Shown piece after piece: positions 37,370 through 47,391 of a DNA stretch of 60,476 bases. The notes under the pieces were generated by a model. The model ran no database searches. It was given only the letters and a program-made list of their open reading frames with translations, and was not told the origin of the DNA. The stretch is taken from IMG/VR virus record IMGVR_UViG_3300048996_000064, positions 1 to 60,476 of that record; one strand, given 5' to 3'. This stretch comes from a virus (Duplodnaviria > Caudoviricetes). The translations under genes and the position numbers were made by a program. Numbering within the stretch: the stretch's first letter is position 1; each line of letters opens with the position of its first letter.

Positions 37370-37553
37370 GTTAGCTTTATACTGGATTATTAAGGTGGGT
37401 TATAAATAAAAAACAGCCTGTTCTCAGCAGACTGTCTAAATATCTTTCGGAGCCTTTCCGTGTCACAAATCTAAATCATTTGTATGGCACGTAGAACCCA
37501 ATTCTCCACACGTTTTTCAGATTCTATTGCCATGCTAAGCTTAAATCTTTAGC

Positions 37554-38336
37554 ATGAAACAGTTTGAAATCAAGACTCTTGACGGAGGCGTTTTAGATGT
37601 AGATGATAAAAGTCGTCGTGTGAAAACAGCCTGGAATAGAGTGGGCATCCTTGATTTTGATAAGGATATTATCGAGAAAACAGGTTTTGATAAAACGATC
37701 AAGGAACGGGGACCCAAAGCTAAAAATCTTATCTGGCACCTGACAGACCATAAACCTTCTTTGAAAGATGCGGTGGGCAAACCTACAGATGTTTTTGTAG
37801 AGAATGATTTTCTCGTCTCAATTACTGATATTCCAAATACTACATGGGGGAATGACGTACTTGAATTTTATAAAACCGGCACTATTAACCAGCACTCAAT
37901 CGGTTTTTCAACAATTAAACGGGAAGTATTCAATGATGATGACTGGGCCAAGCGTTATACGGTAATCAAAGAGGTGCAGCTTTATGAAGGATCAGCAGTT
38001 TTGTGGGGAGCAAATGAATTTACCCCTACTCTATCTGTGGGCAAATCCCTCACCAAAGAAGAATCTGAAAAAGAATTTTTGAAAATAAAAACAGAACTTG
38101 ATAGCTTTGCTAAGCTCTTCAAGTCTGGTCATCTCTCTGATCAATCCTTTGAACTGGTTGAAATGAAGATGACACAGCTTACAGACAGACTCCAACAGAT
38201 TTTCCAAGAAATCACTCAACCCGCCGCGAAAGCAGTAGAGCCGATTAAAGAAAACTTGTTAGATGTTTTTAAAACATTTAATAACTCTTTAAACTCTACT
38301 CGCAATGACTCCCGAACAATTGAAGCAAGAGCTTGA
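37554..38336 (+). CDS. HK97-family prohead protease
   Basis: D.DKDII..GF.KTI, WHLTDH, QHSIGF, EVQLYEGSAVLWGAN. Confidence 0.92.
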   Translation: MKQFEIKTLDGGVLDVDDKSRRVKTAWNRVGILDFDKDIIEKTGFDKTIKERGPKAKNLIWHLTDHKPSLKDAVGKPTDVFVENDFLVSITDIPNTTWGNDVLEFYKTGTINQHSIGFSTIKREVFNDDDWAKRYTVIKEVQLYEGSAVLWGANEFTPTLSVGKSLTKEESEKEFLKIKTELDSFAKLFKSGHLSDQSFELVEMKMTQLTDRLQQIFQEITQPAAKAVEPIKENLLDVFKTFNNSLNSTRNDSRTIEARA

Positions 38337-39615
38337 TACACTCAAATCTTCTGTGGAATCAATCGCCGATGCAAAGGCAAAAGCAGCCGTTCTTGAACAG
38401 ATCAAATCAATTGAAGCAAAAATTAGTGATGCTGTTAAGGATCTCCCCGCATTAAAACAACAACTGGAAGAAGCTAAATCCGCTGCAGAAACTGCAAAGC
38501 AGGAAGTTGCTGATTTTAAAGCTGCTCAGGTAACAAAAGACGAAGCCGATAAGGCAAACCAGGAAGCATTAAACAACGCTCTCTCTGATATTAAAGCCCT
38601 CAAATCAGCCAAGCCAAAAAGGGAAGACCTTCCAACTCTTGGCGAAGCAATAATGACCGCATTCAATGAAGGAGATAACTTCAAGAATATTGAAATGATG
38701 GCCACGAACCACAAGGATCGTGAAAAGAAATTTTCAATTGAACTAAAAACAGTAGGTGACGTATCTGTATCTGCCAACTATACAGGAGGCTCACGAGGTC
38801 TTCAGGTACTTTCTCCTGCAATTGTTCAAACCCCTCCAAGGAAAGTACATATTCGCCAATTAGTACCTAATGGCACTATTGGGCAGGGTACCGAGTTTGT
38901 TTTCATGAAAGAAAACGGTGATGGCGAAGGCGCAATCGCTCCTACAGCGGAAGGAAACACAAAACCGCAAATCGATATTGACCTGGTAGAAAGTTCAGTG
39001 AAGATTGAAACTATTGCCGGTTGGATGAGAGTCACACGAAAAGCCATGAACAACATTCAGGGGTTTTTATCATTCCTGAATGCAAGGCTGCCGGAAAAAC
39101 TTTTGCGTGTAGAAGATACCCAATTACTCAACGGTGATGGCGTGACACCAAATATCAAAGGTATCATGCGGTCTGGCAATTTTACTGCCGCTACAACTAC
39201 AAGCTCATTCTTAGGTGAGCAGCTCATCGATGGGCTTGCTCAGCTGGAAGATACTTATGACCGCAGCGCAACCGGCATTTTACTTCGCCCGGTCGATTAC
39301 TATAGCTTCTTTAAACATAAAGCAACAACATCAGGAGAATATGACCTGCCAAAGAATTTCACATTTGACGGCGGTGTGCTTCGTATTTCCGGTGTTCCTG
39401 TATTCATGTCTACAGGCATGATCGCTGACCAGTATATCATCGGTGACTGGCAGATGGGTGCGCAACTTCTTATCCAGGAAGGTATGCGTATTGAATTCTT
39501 CGAGCAGGACGGTACCAATGTTCGCGAGAACAAGATCACTATCCGTATCGAGGAAACGGTGGCATTCCCTGTATTTGGTTCAACATTCTTTGTAGTTGGT
39601 TCAGCAGGCAGCTAA
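38305..39615 (+). CDS. Major capsid protein (HK97 fold, N-terminal delta domain)
   Basis: Coiled-coil N-terminus, AEG..KP, TIAGWMRVT, EDTQLLNGDG, IIGDW, ENKITIRIEE; ends GSAGS. Confidence 0.95.
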   Translation: MTPEQLKQELDTLKSSVESIADAKAKAAVLEQIKSIEAKISDAVKDLPALKQQLEEAKSAAETAKQEVADFKAAQVTKDEADKANQEALNNALSDIKALKSAKPKREDLPTLGEAIMTAFNEGDNFKNIEMMATNHKDREKKFSIELKTVGDVSVSANYTGGSRGLQVLSPAIVQTPPRKVHIRQLVPNGTIGQGTEFVFMKENGDGEGAIAPTAEGNTKPQIDIDLVESSVKIETIAGWMRVTRKAMNNIQGFLSFLNARLPEKLLRVEDTQLLNGDGVTPNIKGIMRSGNFTAATTTSSFLGEQLIDGLAQLEDTYDRSATGILLRPVDYYSFFKHKATTSGEYDLPKNFTFDGGVLRISGVPVFMSTGMIADQYIIGDWQMGAQLLIQEGMRIEFFEQDGTNVRENKITIRIEETVAFPVFGSTFFVVGSAGS

Positions 39616-40481
39616 TGGACTATACCCGCAATGAGGACCGTTGGCCAGCCAGGAGTGGCGTGAGTTACAACTTAATTCATTCGGTGGAAGATATTTCAGA
39701 TGAGAGTGGCGAGCCTACAGAGCCCGTCACTCTTGCTGAAATGAAATCCTATTTGCGGCTTGAAGGTGGACCCATCAATGGTGCAGGACTTTCATTGCAG
39801 GAACCTATTCCTAAAACACTTGTTTCGGGAAAAATTGTACAAGATCCATTACTGCAAGCCGAAGGTGTAGTAATAACAAGCGTAGTTCGTGAAGGATTAG
39901 GCTACAGTCAAACTACAGGAACACCAGGCTCAAGGCAATTTGTTTTTAATGCTGCATTGGGAACGATCACATTCGCCGAAGATGGAGATAATGTAGCGGT
40001 AGATATTACGTATGGCATTTCAGGCGAATCGGATAATACAGGTGACTTCGATTTTGATGATACGCTCATTGAGGCGATGATCACAGCCGCTAGACAGCGG
40101 TTAGAAATTTATACCGGGTGTTCGCTAATACCAAAAACAATTGAGACTGTTGTAACAAACTTGTGTGGTATGGTATCTCTGCCGGCAGGACCAGTGACAG
40201 GTGACGTATCAGGGGTAGATTCTGAAGGGGTCGAAATAGTAGCCGATAGTATTAAACTTGTTGGTTCAAAATTCCCGGACCTGAAAGAACCTTTGCTGGA
40301 ACATATGGTACTAACCTATGAAGCCGGGTATGCAACATTACCAAAGGGATTAAAACAGGCGATCATGGCAGAAGTAGCCTACAGGTATGAACATAGGGGC
40401 GACGAAACAGAGGATGAAGGAATGTGTAAAACAGCAGTATCTCTTGCTAACCCTTTTAAACGGGGCAATGCCTTTGGATAA
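39615..40481 (+). CDS. Head-tail connector (gp6-like) with a ~90-aa inserted beta domain
   Basis: EPVTLAEMKSYLRL [insert] DDTLIEAMITAARQRLE.YTG...YEAGY..LP..LKQAI...VAYRYEHRGD. Confidence 0.85.
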   Translation: MDYTRNEDRWPARSGVSYNLIHSVEDISDESGEPTEPVTLAEMKSYLRLEGGPINGAGLSLQEPIPKTLVSGKIVQDPLLQAEGVVITSVVREGLGYSQTTGTPGSRQFVFNAALGTITFAEDGDNVAVDITYGISGESDNTGDFDFDDTLIEAMITAARQRLEIYTGCSLIPKTIETVVTNLCGMVSLPAGPVTGDVSGVDSEGVEIVADSIKLVGSKFPDLKEPLLEHMVLTYEAGYATLPKGLKQAIMAEVAYRYEHRGDETEDEGMCKTAVSLANPFKRGNAFG

Positions 40482-40795
40482 TGGGAATAGGTGAACGAAA
40501 ACAAATACAGCTTATCCAGCTCACTTCCTCTAAAGGACCGGAAGGAAACTGGAACAGCGAAGCCGGAACACCGACGAACACATGGGCAGAAGTAACAAGT
40601 GTGAATCAATCCCGTGATTATGCAAATGGACAGACGGGTATTTCAGAAACAAAGAGGTTCAAAGTAAGGTTCCGGTATGATAAACATCCCGGTGTCGATT
40701 GGAAAATAAGGTATGATTCAAAAGACTGGACCGTCAGCAGCGTGATAAGAGAAAATGAAAAATCCTTTTACTGGATCATAACAGCATCAGCATGA
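40481..40795 (+). CDS. Head closure protein (SPP1 gp16-like)
   Basis: IGE...I.L...WAEV...RF.VRF...I.Y....W.V; position after the connector. Confidence 0.8.
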   Translation: MGIGERKQIQLIQLTSSKGPEGNWNSEAGTPTNTWAEVTSVNQSRDYANGQTGISETKRFKVRFRYDKHPGVDWKIRYDSKDWTVSSVIRENEKSFYWIITASA

Positions 40796-41445
40796 GATTC
40801 AATGTAAAGGTAACAGGGATAGGCGCTCTACAAAAACAGATCACCACTGCTTCAGAAAAAGTCAGGGAAGTGTGTGAAAAGGAAGTGCAGGAAGCGGGGC
40901 AGGATTGGGTAGCAGGGGCTGTGAGGGACGCTCCCGTTGACCAGGGCGCTTTAAGAGGGTCGATAAGCTTTAAGCAATCCGATACCCATACGTTAGCAGG
41001 TTCTTTGATAGCGGTTGAAATAGTAGCACAAAAGTTCTATGCTCCATTCATGGAGTTCGGCACAAAGGGTAAGTATCAGCCAATTCCCGGAACCGAAGAA
41101 ATAGCGGCGCAGTTCAAAGGGTATAAAAGCGGCGACTTCCAGGAGTTGTTAAGAATGATCGTCAGGTGGGTAAAAAGAAAAGGAATTACAGGTACTTATA
41201 GCGTAAAGACCCAACGCAGGACCGGAAACAAGATCAACCAATTGGCAGAAGATTATAAGGCAGCGTGGCCGATTGCAATGAGCATTCTAAAAAACGGCAT
41301 CAACCCACATCCTTTCTTTTTTAAACAGGGAGACGTGGTTTGGCTAGATATGGTAAAGCGAATGCAGACGGCATTGCAGCGAGAAACAAAAGTATCGGTA
41401 ATACTTCCCGGAGGAATTAGCAGACCTAATATAACTACGATATGA
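40792..41445 (+). CDS. HK97 gp10-like neck protein
   Basis: APVDQGALRGSI, YAPFMEFGT, PHPFF. Confidence 0.85.
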   Translation: MRFNVKVTGIGALQKQITTASEKVREVCEKEVQEAGQDWVAGAVRDAPVDQGALRGSISFKQSDTHTLAGSLIAVEIVAQKFYAPFMEFGTKGKYQPIPGTEEIAAQFKGYKSGDFQELLRMIVRWVKRKGITGTYSVKTQRRTGNKINQLAEDYKAAWPIAMSILKNGINPHPFFFKQGDVVWLDMVKRMQTALQRETKVSVILPGGISRPNITTI

Positions 41446-41864
41446 TCAACTACGGGAGATTAATATTAAAGGCGTGGTTTGAAATGCTGGATGGTGTAGT
41501 ATCAAAACCGGTGTACAGGACAGATGCTGACAGTGCAGAGACGGGACATTATTTTTTAATAAGGATTGAAAGTAATACAACCCGGAATACCAATAGCTCT
41601 TTTGTTAATAACCCGGTTGTTATTATTGAAGCAATAACAAGGTTTGAAAATAAAATTGATGATGCGGTTGCGTGTGATATGATGATAGAAGTTGATCAAT
41701 TGATCTTTCCGGATCCTTCCAGGAACGGTTTACCTGTTCAAACAGGTATGCAAGTGGTAAAAGTAACAAAGCAGACGGAAACAGTATTAGCGGAAGATAA
41801 CGGTTCATTTCCAAAAATAAACAGGATAGTTGCAAGGTACTTGCATACGGTCCTTCAGACATAA
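41442..41864 (+). CDS. Tail terminator-like protein
   Basis: Size and position between gp10-like and tail tube genes; PVY motif. Confidence 0.6.
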   Translation: MINYGRLILKAWFEMLDGVVSKPVYRTDADSAETGHYFLIRIESNTTRNTNSSFVNNPVVIIEAITRFENKIDDAVACDMMIEVDQLIFPDPSRNGLPVQTGMQVVKVTKQTETVLAEDNGSFPKINRIVARYLHTVLQT

Positions 41865-41893
41865 ACTCTTTTAACTCTTTAAAAAATAGTGTC

Positions 41894-42343
41894 ATGGTAA
41901 AAGTAAACGGATCACTTGTCACCCTTAAATACCGGGTTTGGCCTTCTGCAACATGGCTGAATATTGTTTGCGTCGAGGATTCAACCTTTGAGATCACGCA
42001 GGATGTAGCAGAGCGGGAAACAAACTGCGGAGTTATCACCAATCCCGGAACAACAAAATTCAATGCGCAGGTAAATGCTGTGCAGAATGCAAATCCCACC
42101 GCAACAGAAGCCGATTACAAAAAGATCAAGGATTTGATGCTGGCAAAAACAAAGGTTCAATTCCTTTATCAAAGCGAGGCTGATGCTGCAAATGGACTAT
42201 CTGATGCTGAAGGTATTTACAATAAGGGTAACGGGTATTTTACTACCCTTTCCTCAACAGCGGGAGCAAGTGCAGATGGCATTCTTTCCTATTCACTCAC
42301 GCTTTCCGGAACAGGTACACTTGACGACTTTGATGAATCATAA
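41894..42343 (+). CDS. Major tail tube protein
   Basis: VNGSLVTL...C....F....ETNCG...G.GYFT.L......SYSLTLSGTG; ends DDFDES. Confidence 0.85.
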   Translation: MVKVNGSLVTLKYRVWPSATWLNIVCVEDSTFEITQDVAERETNCGVITNPGTTKFNAQVNAVQNANPTATEADYKKIKDLMLAKTKVQFLYQSEADAANGLSDAEGIYNKGNGYFTTLSSTAGASADGILSYSLTLSGTGTLDDFDES

Positions 42344-42346
42344 TTT

Positions 42347-42778
42347 ATGAGCTATACAACTATAACAATAGAAGGCCAGCAAATTGGCCTTCGCTTTGGC
42401 TATCCGTGTGTAAGATGGTTTACGGAAGCAGGGGTGGAAAATAAAGACTTTTTTGAAGGATCGAAAGATAAGGAAGGCAACCAGGAAAATACAACCCTCT
42501 CAGAAATAGGCATTGCAAAACTCGTTCAGTTCGCCTATGAAAATGAATGTGCAGTAAAAGAAATTAAGCCTGAGATCATTTTTGAAAAGTTCTATGAATG
42601 GGTAGAGCAAAGAGTAGAAGGCGAACTATCCAACGAATTATCAGAAGTGCTGACGGTATGGGCCGGTAGCATAGCTATAAAAAGGCTGGTAGAAAAAACT
42701 CAAAAAAAAAGTCAGGAGAGCCAGAACGAACAGACTTTGACACCATCGAACGAATCCTCTACGGAGAAGCAGGAATAA
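42347..42778 (+). CDS. Tail assembly chaperone (gpG-like)
   Basis: Between tube and TMP; TITIEGQQIGLRFG; A9 slippery run near the 3' end. Confidence 0.75.
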   Translation: MSYTTITIEGQQIGLRFGYPCVRWFTEAGVENKDFFEGSKDKEGNQENTTLSEIGIAKLVQFAYENECAVKEIKPEIIFEKFYEWVEQRVEGELSNELSEVLTVWAGSIAIKRLVEKTQKKSQESQNEQTLTPSNESSTEKQE

Positions 42779-43080
42779 AGCCATGGGAGCTTTTAAAAAT
42801 GTCTTACCGGGAGGTAACACTGACAATTGAAGGACTGAGAGACAGGGATAAATTTTACCATGATCTACTGAGAAGGGCAACGATGATCATCAGTTGTTCT
42901 GGATTCGGTGGAAAAGAAATCGCAAGAAAGTTTGATAAGTTTTGGCCGGTTGCTGATCAAATTGAAAAATCATCACAGAGAGATAGAGCGCTTGCCTTGC
43001 TGAAACAATTCAAGGACCAGGAGCAGCAAAAATCAGATGAACTAAAAGTAAAAGAAATCATCGATGCCAGAAGGACTTAA
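42702..43080 (+). CDS. Tail assembly chaperone gpT portion, reached by -1 frameshift
   Basis: -1 frame is open from A9 (42702-42710) through ILYGEAGIKPWELLKMSYREV into ORF 42799..43080. Confidence 0.75.
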
Positions 43081-45064
43081 AATAATAGTAGGTGCCGATG
43101 TAAAGGAAGCAGAAAGGGCTATGAAGAGCCTCACCGCTACCGCTACGAGTGAAGGAAAAAAAGCGGGAACAGCATTGGGGAGTGGATTAAATAAATCGAT
43201 TCCTGCCATTCAAAATATTCCAAAAGCGGCAGCGCCAGCTATACAGGCAGTTTCCAAATTGGGCGATACCATCGAAACTCTACGGGCAAAGCTACTGGCA
43301 AAACAATCTTTTCTTGTTACAGAAAAAGATATTGGGAAGATTGCCGTACTCAATACCGAAATAAGAGAGCTGACAAGTGAAATTGAAAGGGTTAAAAGAG
43401 CTGGTACAACAGGATTTGATTCTCTGGGTAATGCTGTTACTAAATCAGCTACCGGGTTCGGGGCCTTTACAGCAGGGGCTCAAAAATCATTTTCTGCATT
43501 GAGGCTAGTTGCCAATATATTACCTGGGATTGGTATTGCTGGTTTAATTGGCCTGCTATCCGAAGGTGTTGTATCCTTGTTTAAATTCTCATCTGGCTTA
43601 GATCAGTCGGCAGTAGCTGCAACAAAGTTTGCAATTGAAATTAATAGTATCAAACAGGGGTTAAAAGAGTTTGAAGAATCATTAGACTTTGGCGCTGATA
43701 TTGACAAGCTAAAAAATAAATTAAAGTTCGGTGACTCTGTTAAAACAGATCTATTAAACTTCAATATTGACAAGAAAAAGAATGACGAGATAATCAATTT
43801 AGCCAACTCTCAAATTGACCAATTAAATGAAAGGATTGGTCAATTAAGAAGCAATGCAAGCAATACATTAGGAAAAAATGCAAGGGAGTTGCTACAGACG
43901 TTTAATGTTGATCTTGATATTCCGGATAACCTGATTGATGATCTAAAGGAGTCAGATAAGAAAGTGTTAAGAGAGATAAAAGAGAGTGCCACAAAAATTG
44001 AAGGGCTTCAGAATCAGAGATTAAAAGCGTTTGAGGAAAATTCCAAAGGAGAAATCGAAGTACAAATAAAAAAGAATGAAAGGATCAAAAAGCTAAATGA
44101 TAAGTTTATTGATGATACGATAACAAAAGCAAAACAACTTGCTGCTTTTCTAGATAAAAATACACAGTTTGCAGTACACTTTGAAGTTGATCCCTTAGAT
44201 TCTACTCAGGTAACATTTAAAAAGGCAAAGGAATTTATTTCAGATGCAAAAAAATTCGTTGAAGAAGGGTTTGCAGCATTCCATTTTAAACCAATCCTGA
44301 TACGACCTGAGTTCAAGTTCCTGGATGAAAAGAAATTTGTAGCCGGGTTTAAAAAATTAACAGAGGAACAGGCGACAAAAACTTACGATCAGTTAAAAAG
44401 CGATTTTGAAAAAAACATTGAAACACTAACTAAAAATTCTCCTTTAGCCTTTAGAATACAGGCTAAAATTCTCACCGATATTAGAAAGGAAGATGTTCAA
44501 AGAGCTTCACTCGCCTCTGGCGTTGGATTAAAAATAGAGGGTGTGAATGCTGCTAAATCTGAATTAACAGACCTTCAAAAAAGGACGATTGCTTCAGCTA
44601 ATGCAATTACCGGTGTGCTTACTCCTGCATTTCAAAGTTTATTCTCAGCTATACAAGCAGGTGAAAATCCATTGAAAGCTTTTTTTGAATCTATAGGAAA
44701 TTCGGTTGCCCAGTTAATTCAAAAATTGATTGCGGCCGCTATCCAGGCGGCTGTATTAAATGCATTATTCCCCGGAGGTATCGGCGGGGTAAAAGGCTTC
44801 GGAGGATTCTTTAAAAATTTCCTTGGGTTTGCCAAAGGCGGTTTAGTATCTGGCCCTACCCTCAGCCTTATAGGTGAGGGCCGTGGGACATCCAGATCAA
44901 ACCCCGAAGTAGTGGCTCCACTGGATAAATTAAAAGGAATGCTAGCCGGAATTGCGGGTAATGCAAATTTTCAACCATTAGTAGTAACAGGAAGGGTAAG
45001 AGGTCGTGATATATCACTTTCAAATTCCCGGGATTCACGACAAAGAAGGAGGCTGGGAGGATGA
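43064..45064 (+). CDS. Tail tape measure protein
   Basis: LKIIVGAD N-terminus, long Ala/Lys-rich helical body, C-terminal FAKGGLVSGPT...GEG...PEVVAPL. Confidence 0.88.
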   Translation: MPEGLKIIVGADVKEAERAMKSLTATATSEGKKAGTALGSGLNKSIPAIQNIPKAAAPAIQAVSKLGDTIETLRAKLLAKQSFLVTEKDIGKIAVLNTEIRELTSEIERVKRAGTTGFDSLGNAVTKSATGFGAFTAGAQKSFSALRLVANILPGIGIAGLIGLLSEGVVSLFKFSSGLDQSAVAATKFAIEINSIKQGLKEFEESLDFGADIDKLKNKLKFGDSVKTDLLNFNIDKKKNDEIINLANSQIDQLNERIGQLRSNASNTLGKNARELLQTFNVDLDIPDNLIDDLKESDKKVLREIKESATKIEGLQNQRLKAFEENSKGEIEVQIKKNERIKKLNDKFIDDTITKAKQLAAFLDKNTQFAVHFEVDPLDSTQVTFKKAKEFISDAKKFVEEGFAAFHFKPILIRPEFKFLDEKKFVAGFKKLTEEQATKTYDQLKSDFEKNIETLTKNSPLAFRIQAKILTDIRKEDVQRASLASGVGLKIEGVNAAKSELTDLQKRTIASANAITGVLTPAFQSLFSAIQAGENPLKAFFESIGNSVAQLIQKLIAAAIQAAVLNALFPGGIGGVKGFGGFFKNFLGFAKGGLVSGPTLSLIGEGRGTSRSNPEVVAPLDKLKGMLAGIAGNANFQPLVVTGRVRGRDISLSNSRDSRQRRRLGG

Positions 45065-47391
45065 TCTTTAATAAAGTATATCGCGGAGAGTTCCTTTCCA
45101 TGCAGGTAGATTCAGGTAATGCAGAAGATCAAAAACTGATCACTGTAAATATCTACGATGCATTAAGTGGTGAGGTAGACGAACCTACAGAGATCATCCC
45201 CCTGGAAATGGCTGAAAGGCCAGCGGTAGTTTCTGTGGAAGATAATGACGAAGATAAATTTACATGGAGAAGAAGTAAGCGGCTGGAAATAAATATCCAT
45301 AGCACCGATTCAATCGGCATGGAAACATTTGTAGTTGGTGGGGATAACCGCTATTATGTTGAACAGTTCGAGGAGTCAAAATGTAAATTCCGGGGTTGGC
45401 TGTCTGTGGCAGATATACAGGAAGATTTTTTACCTAACCCAAATGTAATAACACTGATCGCTACCGATGGGCTAGGATTTTTAGATAGCGAGCCTCTGGT
45501 AAACGAAGATGACGAAAATCCTACAAATGAAAATTCGATCCTGGATTATATCCGCTGGTGCCTGAGAAAAACAGGCATTGAGCGGGACATCTATATAAAT
45601 ATGAATACGAGGGAGAAAACTGCGTCCTCGTTAAATTCCGATACAACTGGTGAAGGGCACTTTTATAAATTTTGTTATCTCGATGCAAAGACATTCGAGG
45701 AGGAAATAGGGTTATCGGAATCCTGTGGCACTACTCTTGGAAAAATATTAAGGCCTGGGCTTTTTTGTACGCAATCAGATGGCGATTACTGGATAGTACT
45801 TGAAGATGAAATAAGGTATGGCGTTGCACAGACATTTGCACGGTTTGACAGCGAGGGAAACTTTATAGAATATATGTCTAAAGACTTCTCTAAAAATATC
45901 GGGGTCAATGAACCATTAGGGATCATGGATGAAGATATGCTGGCAGGCGCAGAGCAGCCGGTTAAATCAATCCTTACCACATTTCCTTATAATTATCCTT
46001 CTGAGATACCATGCAACAGGGATTTTTCACGGGGTACTGGCGCTGATCCTACAGGCGTGGCCTCAGAAACTATTGATTACACGCTGGAATGCTGGGACTT
46101 TCTAAAAAGGGGTAGCACTTCTTCATCAATAGATGTAGCGCCTTCTGTGGGAGCGACAGGCAAGCTTAGAAAACTATTTGAATTCAATTACGAAAAAGAG
46201 CGTTACCTAGTCATTCAAAACCTTGCGGGGTTTGCCCATTACTTTAAATCAGAAGCAATACCACTAAGAGCAAAAGATAAATTCAACTTCGGAATAAACT
46301 ACCATTATGACAGCGACTTTGGGGCAGTGAGAACAGAAGTCGCTCATATCCGGCTGGAAGGGGATGACGGATTTTTATATGACTGGGATTATGACACACA
46401 ATCGGGGGATAATGGATGGATACAGGTAACCCCTGCCAATGCAAACGTGTGGACAGGATTAGTAAACGATAATATTACCGATGTTGATACAAGAGAGTGG
46501 ATCAGCTTTTCAGCGGAAAGCAAACCCGTACCCGTGTCAGGCAGGTTATTTATACGCCTATATCTGGGACAGGCAAACCCTGTGTTTAAATACTATGCTG
46601 GATTAACCTTTACGCATATCCCTTTCATCAATGGATCTTACCAGAAGTACAAATCCCAAACGCATAAGGTAACGCAGGAAGGTACACAGAAACCTAAAAA
46701 AGAATATGACATATCTATATCAGACGCTCCTAATACGCTGATAAAAGGGGCCTTGCTGAAAAAAGATACCGGACTTGAGATATTTAACGGCGAGGTAAAT
46801 TTTGCACCCACGTTTAAGAACTTCCAGTTGACAGGTGATTTCAGAAACGTATTCCGGGCAGGCATGAGGATACAAATTTCTGGTAGTAGCTTAAATGACG
46901 GCGAATATAAGATAGTAAGTGTAAGCTATGCCTTCCTGATCGATAATACCACAGTCATTTTAGACGGCGATACGGTACTGGAATCGGGAGTAACGGTTTC
47001 TATTCACCTGATCATTTTCTCCCTCACAGAAGGATTCTATGACGGGTCTGCGTTCCCGGATGCCGATTATCCGGATGATACTTACGTCAAACCATACGGG
47101 GAAATGCAAGCCTTCTGGGTATTCAACCAGTACAACCGGCTGATGATACGTTTTGAGGGGAAGATAGACGGGCTGGATATGAATGATGAAAGCGGGGATA
47201 TGCCTGACCTCCTGCATAAATATTATTTCACCGATCCTGACTTAAAAACCAATAACAGGGTATTCCAACTTCTTCATTACGAAATGGATTATCACCTGTG
47301 TGAATGGGAAGGATTCTGGGTACAGGTCCATAATTCAGGAGAGCCAAACAAAGTATATACAGGTCATGAGTTTAAATATATAACGGAATGA
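45061..47391 (+). CDS. Tail tip/hub-like structural protein
   Basis: 776 aa directly after TMP; ITLIATDGLGFL; beta-rich. Confidence 0.6.
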   Translation: MIFNKVYRGEFLSMQVDSGNAEDQKLITVNIYDALSGEVDEPTEIIPLEMAERPAVVSVEDNDEDKFTWRRSKRLEINIHSTDSIGMETFVVGGDNRYYVEQFEESKCKFRGWLSVADIQEDFLPNPNVITLIATDGLGFLDSEPLVNEDDENPTNENSILDYIRWCLRKTGIERDIYINMNTREKTASSLNSDTTGEGHFYKFCYLDAKTFEEEIGLSESCGTTLGKILRPGLFCTQSDGDYWIVLEDEIRYGVAQTFARFDSEGNFIEYMSKDFSKNIGVNEPLGIMDEDMLAGAEQPVKSILTTFPYNYPSEIPCNRDFSRGTGADPTGVASETIDYTLECWDFLKRGSTSSSIDVAPSVGATGKLRKLFEFNYEKERYLVIQNLAGFAHYFKSEAIPLRAKDKFNFGINYHYDSDFGAVRTEVAHIRLEGDDGFLYDWDYDTQSGDNGWIQVTPANANVWTGLVNDNITDVDTREWISFSAESKPVPVSGRLFIRLYLGQANPVFKYYAGLTFTHIPFINGSYQKYKSQTHKVTQEGTQKPKKEYDISISDAPNTLIKGALLKKDTGLEIFNGEVNFAPTFKNFQLTGDFRNVFRAGMRIQISGSSLNDGEYKIVSVSYAFLIDNTTVILDGDTVLESGVTVSIHLIIFSLTEGFYDGSAFPDADYPDDTYVKPYGEMQAFWVFNQYNRLMIRFEGKIDGLDMNDESGDMPDLLHKYYFTDPDLKTNNRVFQLLHYEMDYHLCEWEGFWVQVHNSGEPNKVYTGHEFKYITE

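Noticed and set aside
41894-47391. Contractile tail, tailocin or gene transfer agent
   Set aside because: No sheath or baseplate wedge genes; complete integration, immunity and replication modules indicate an ordinary temperate siphovirus
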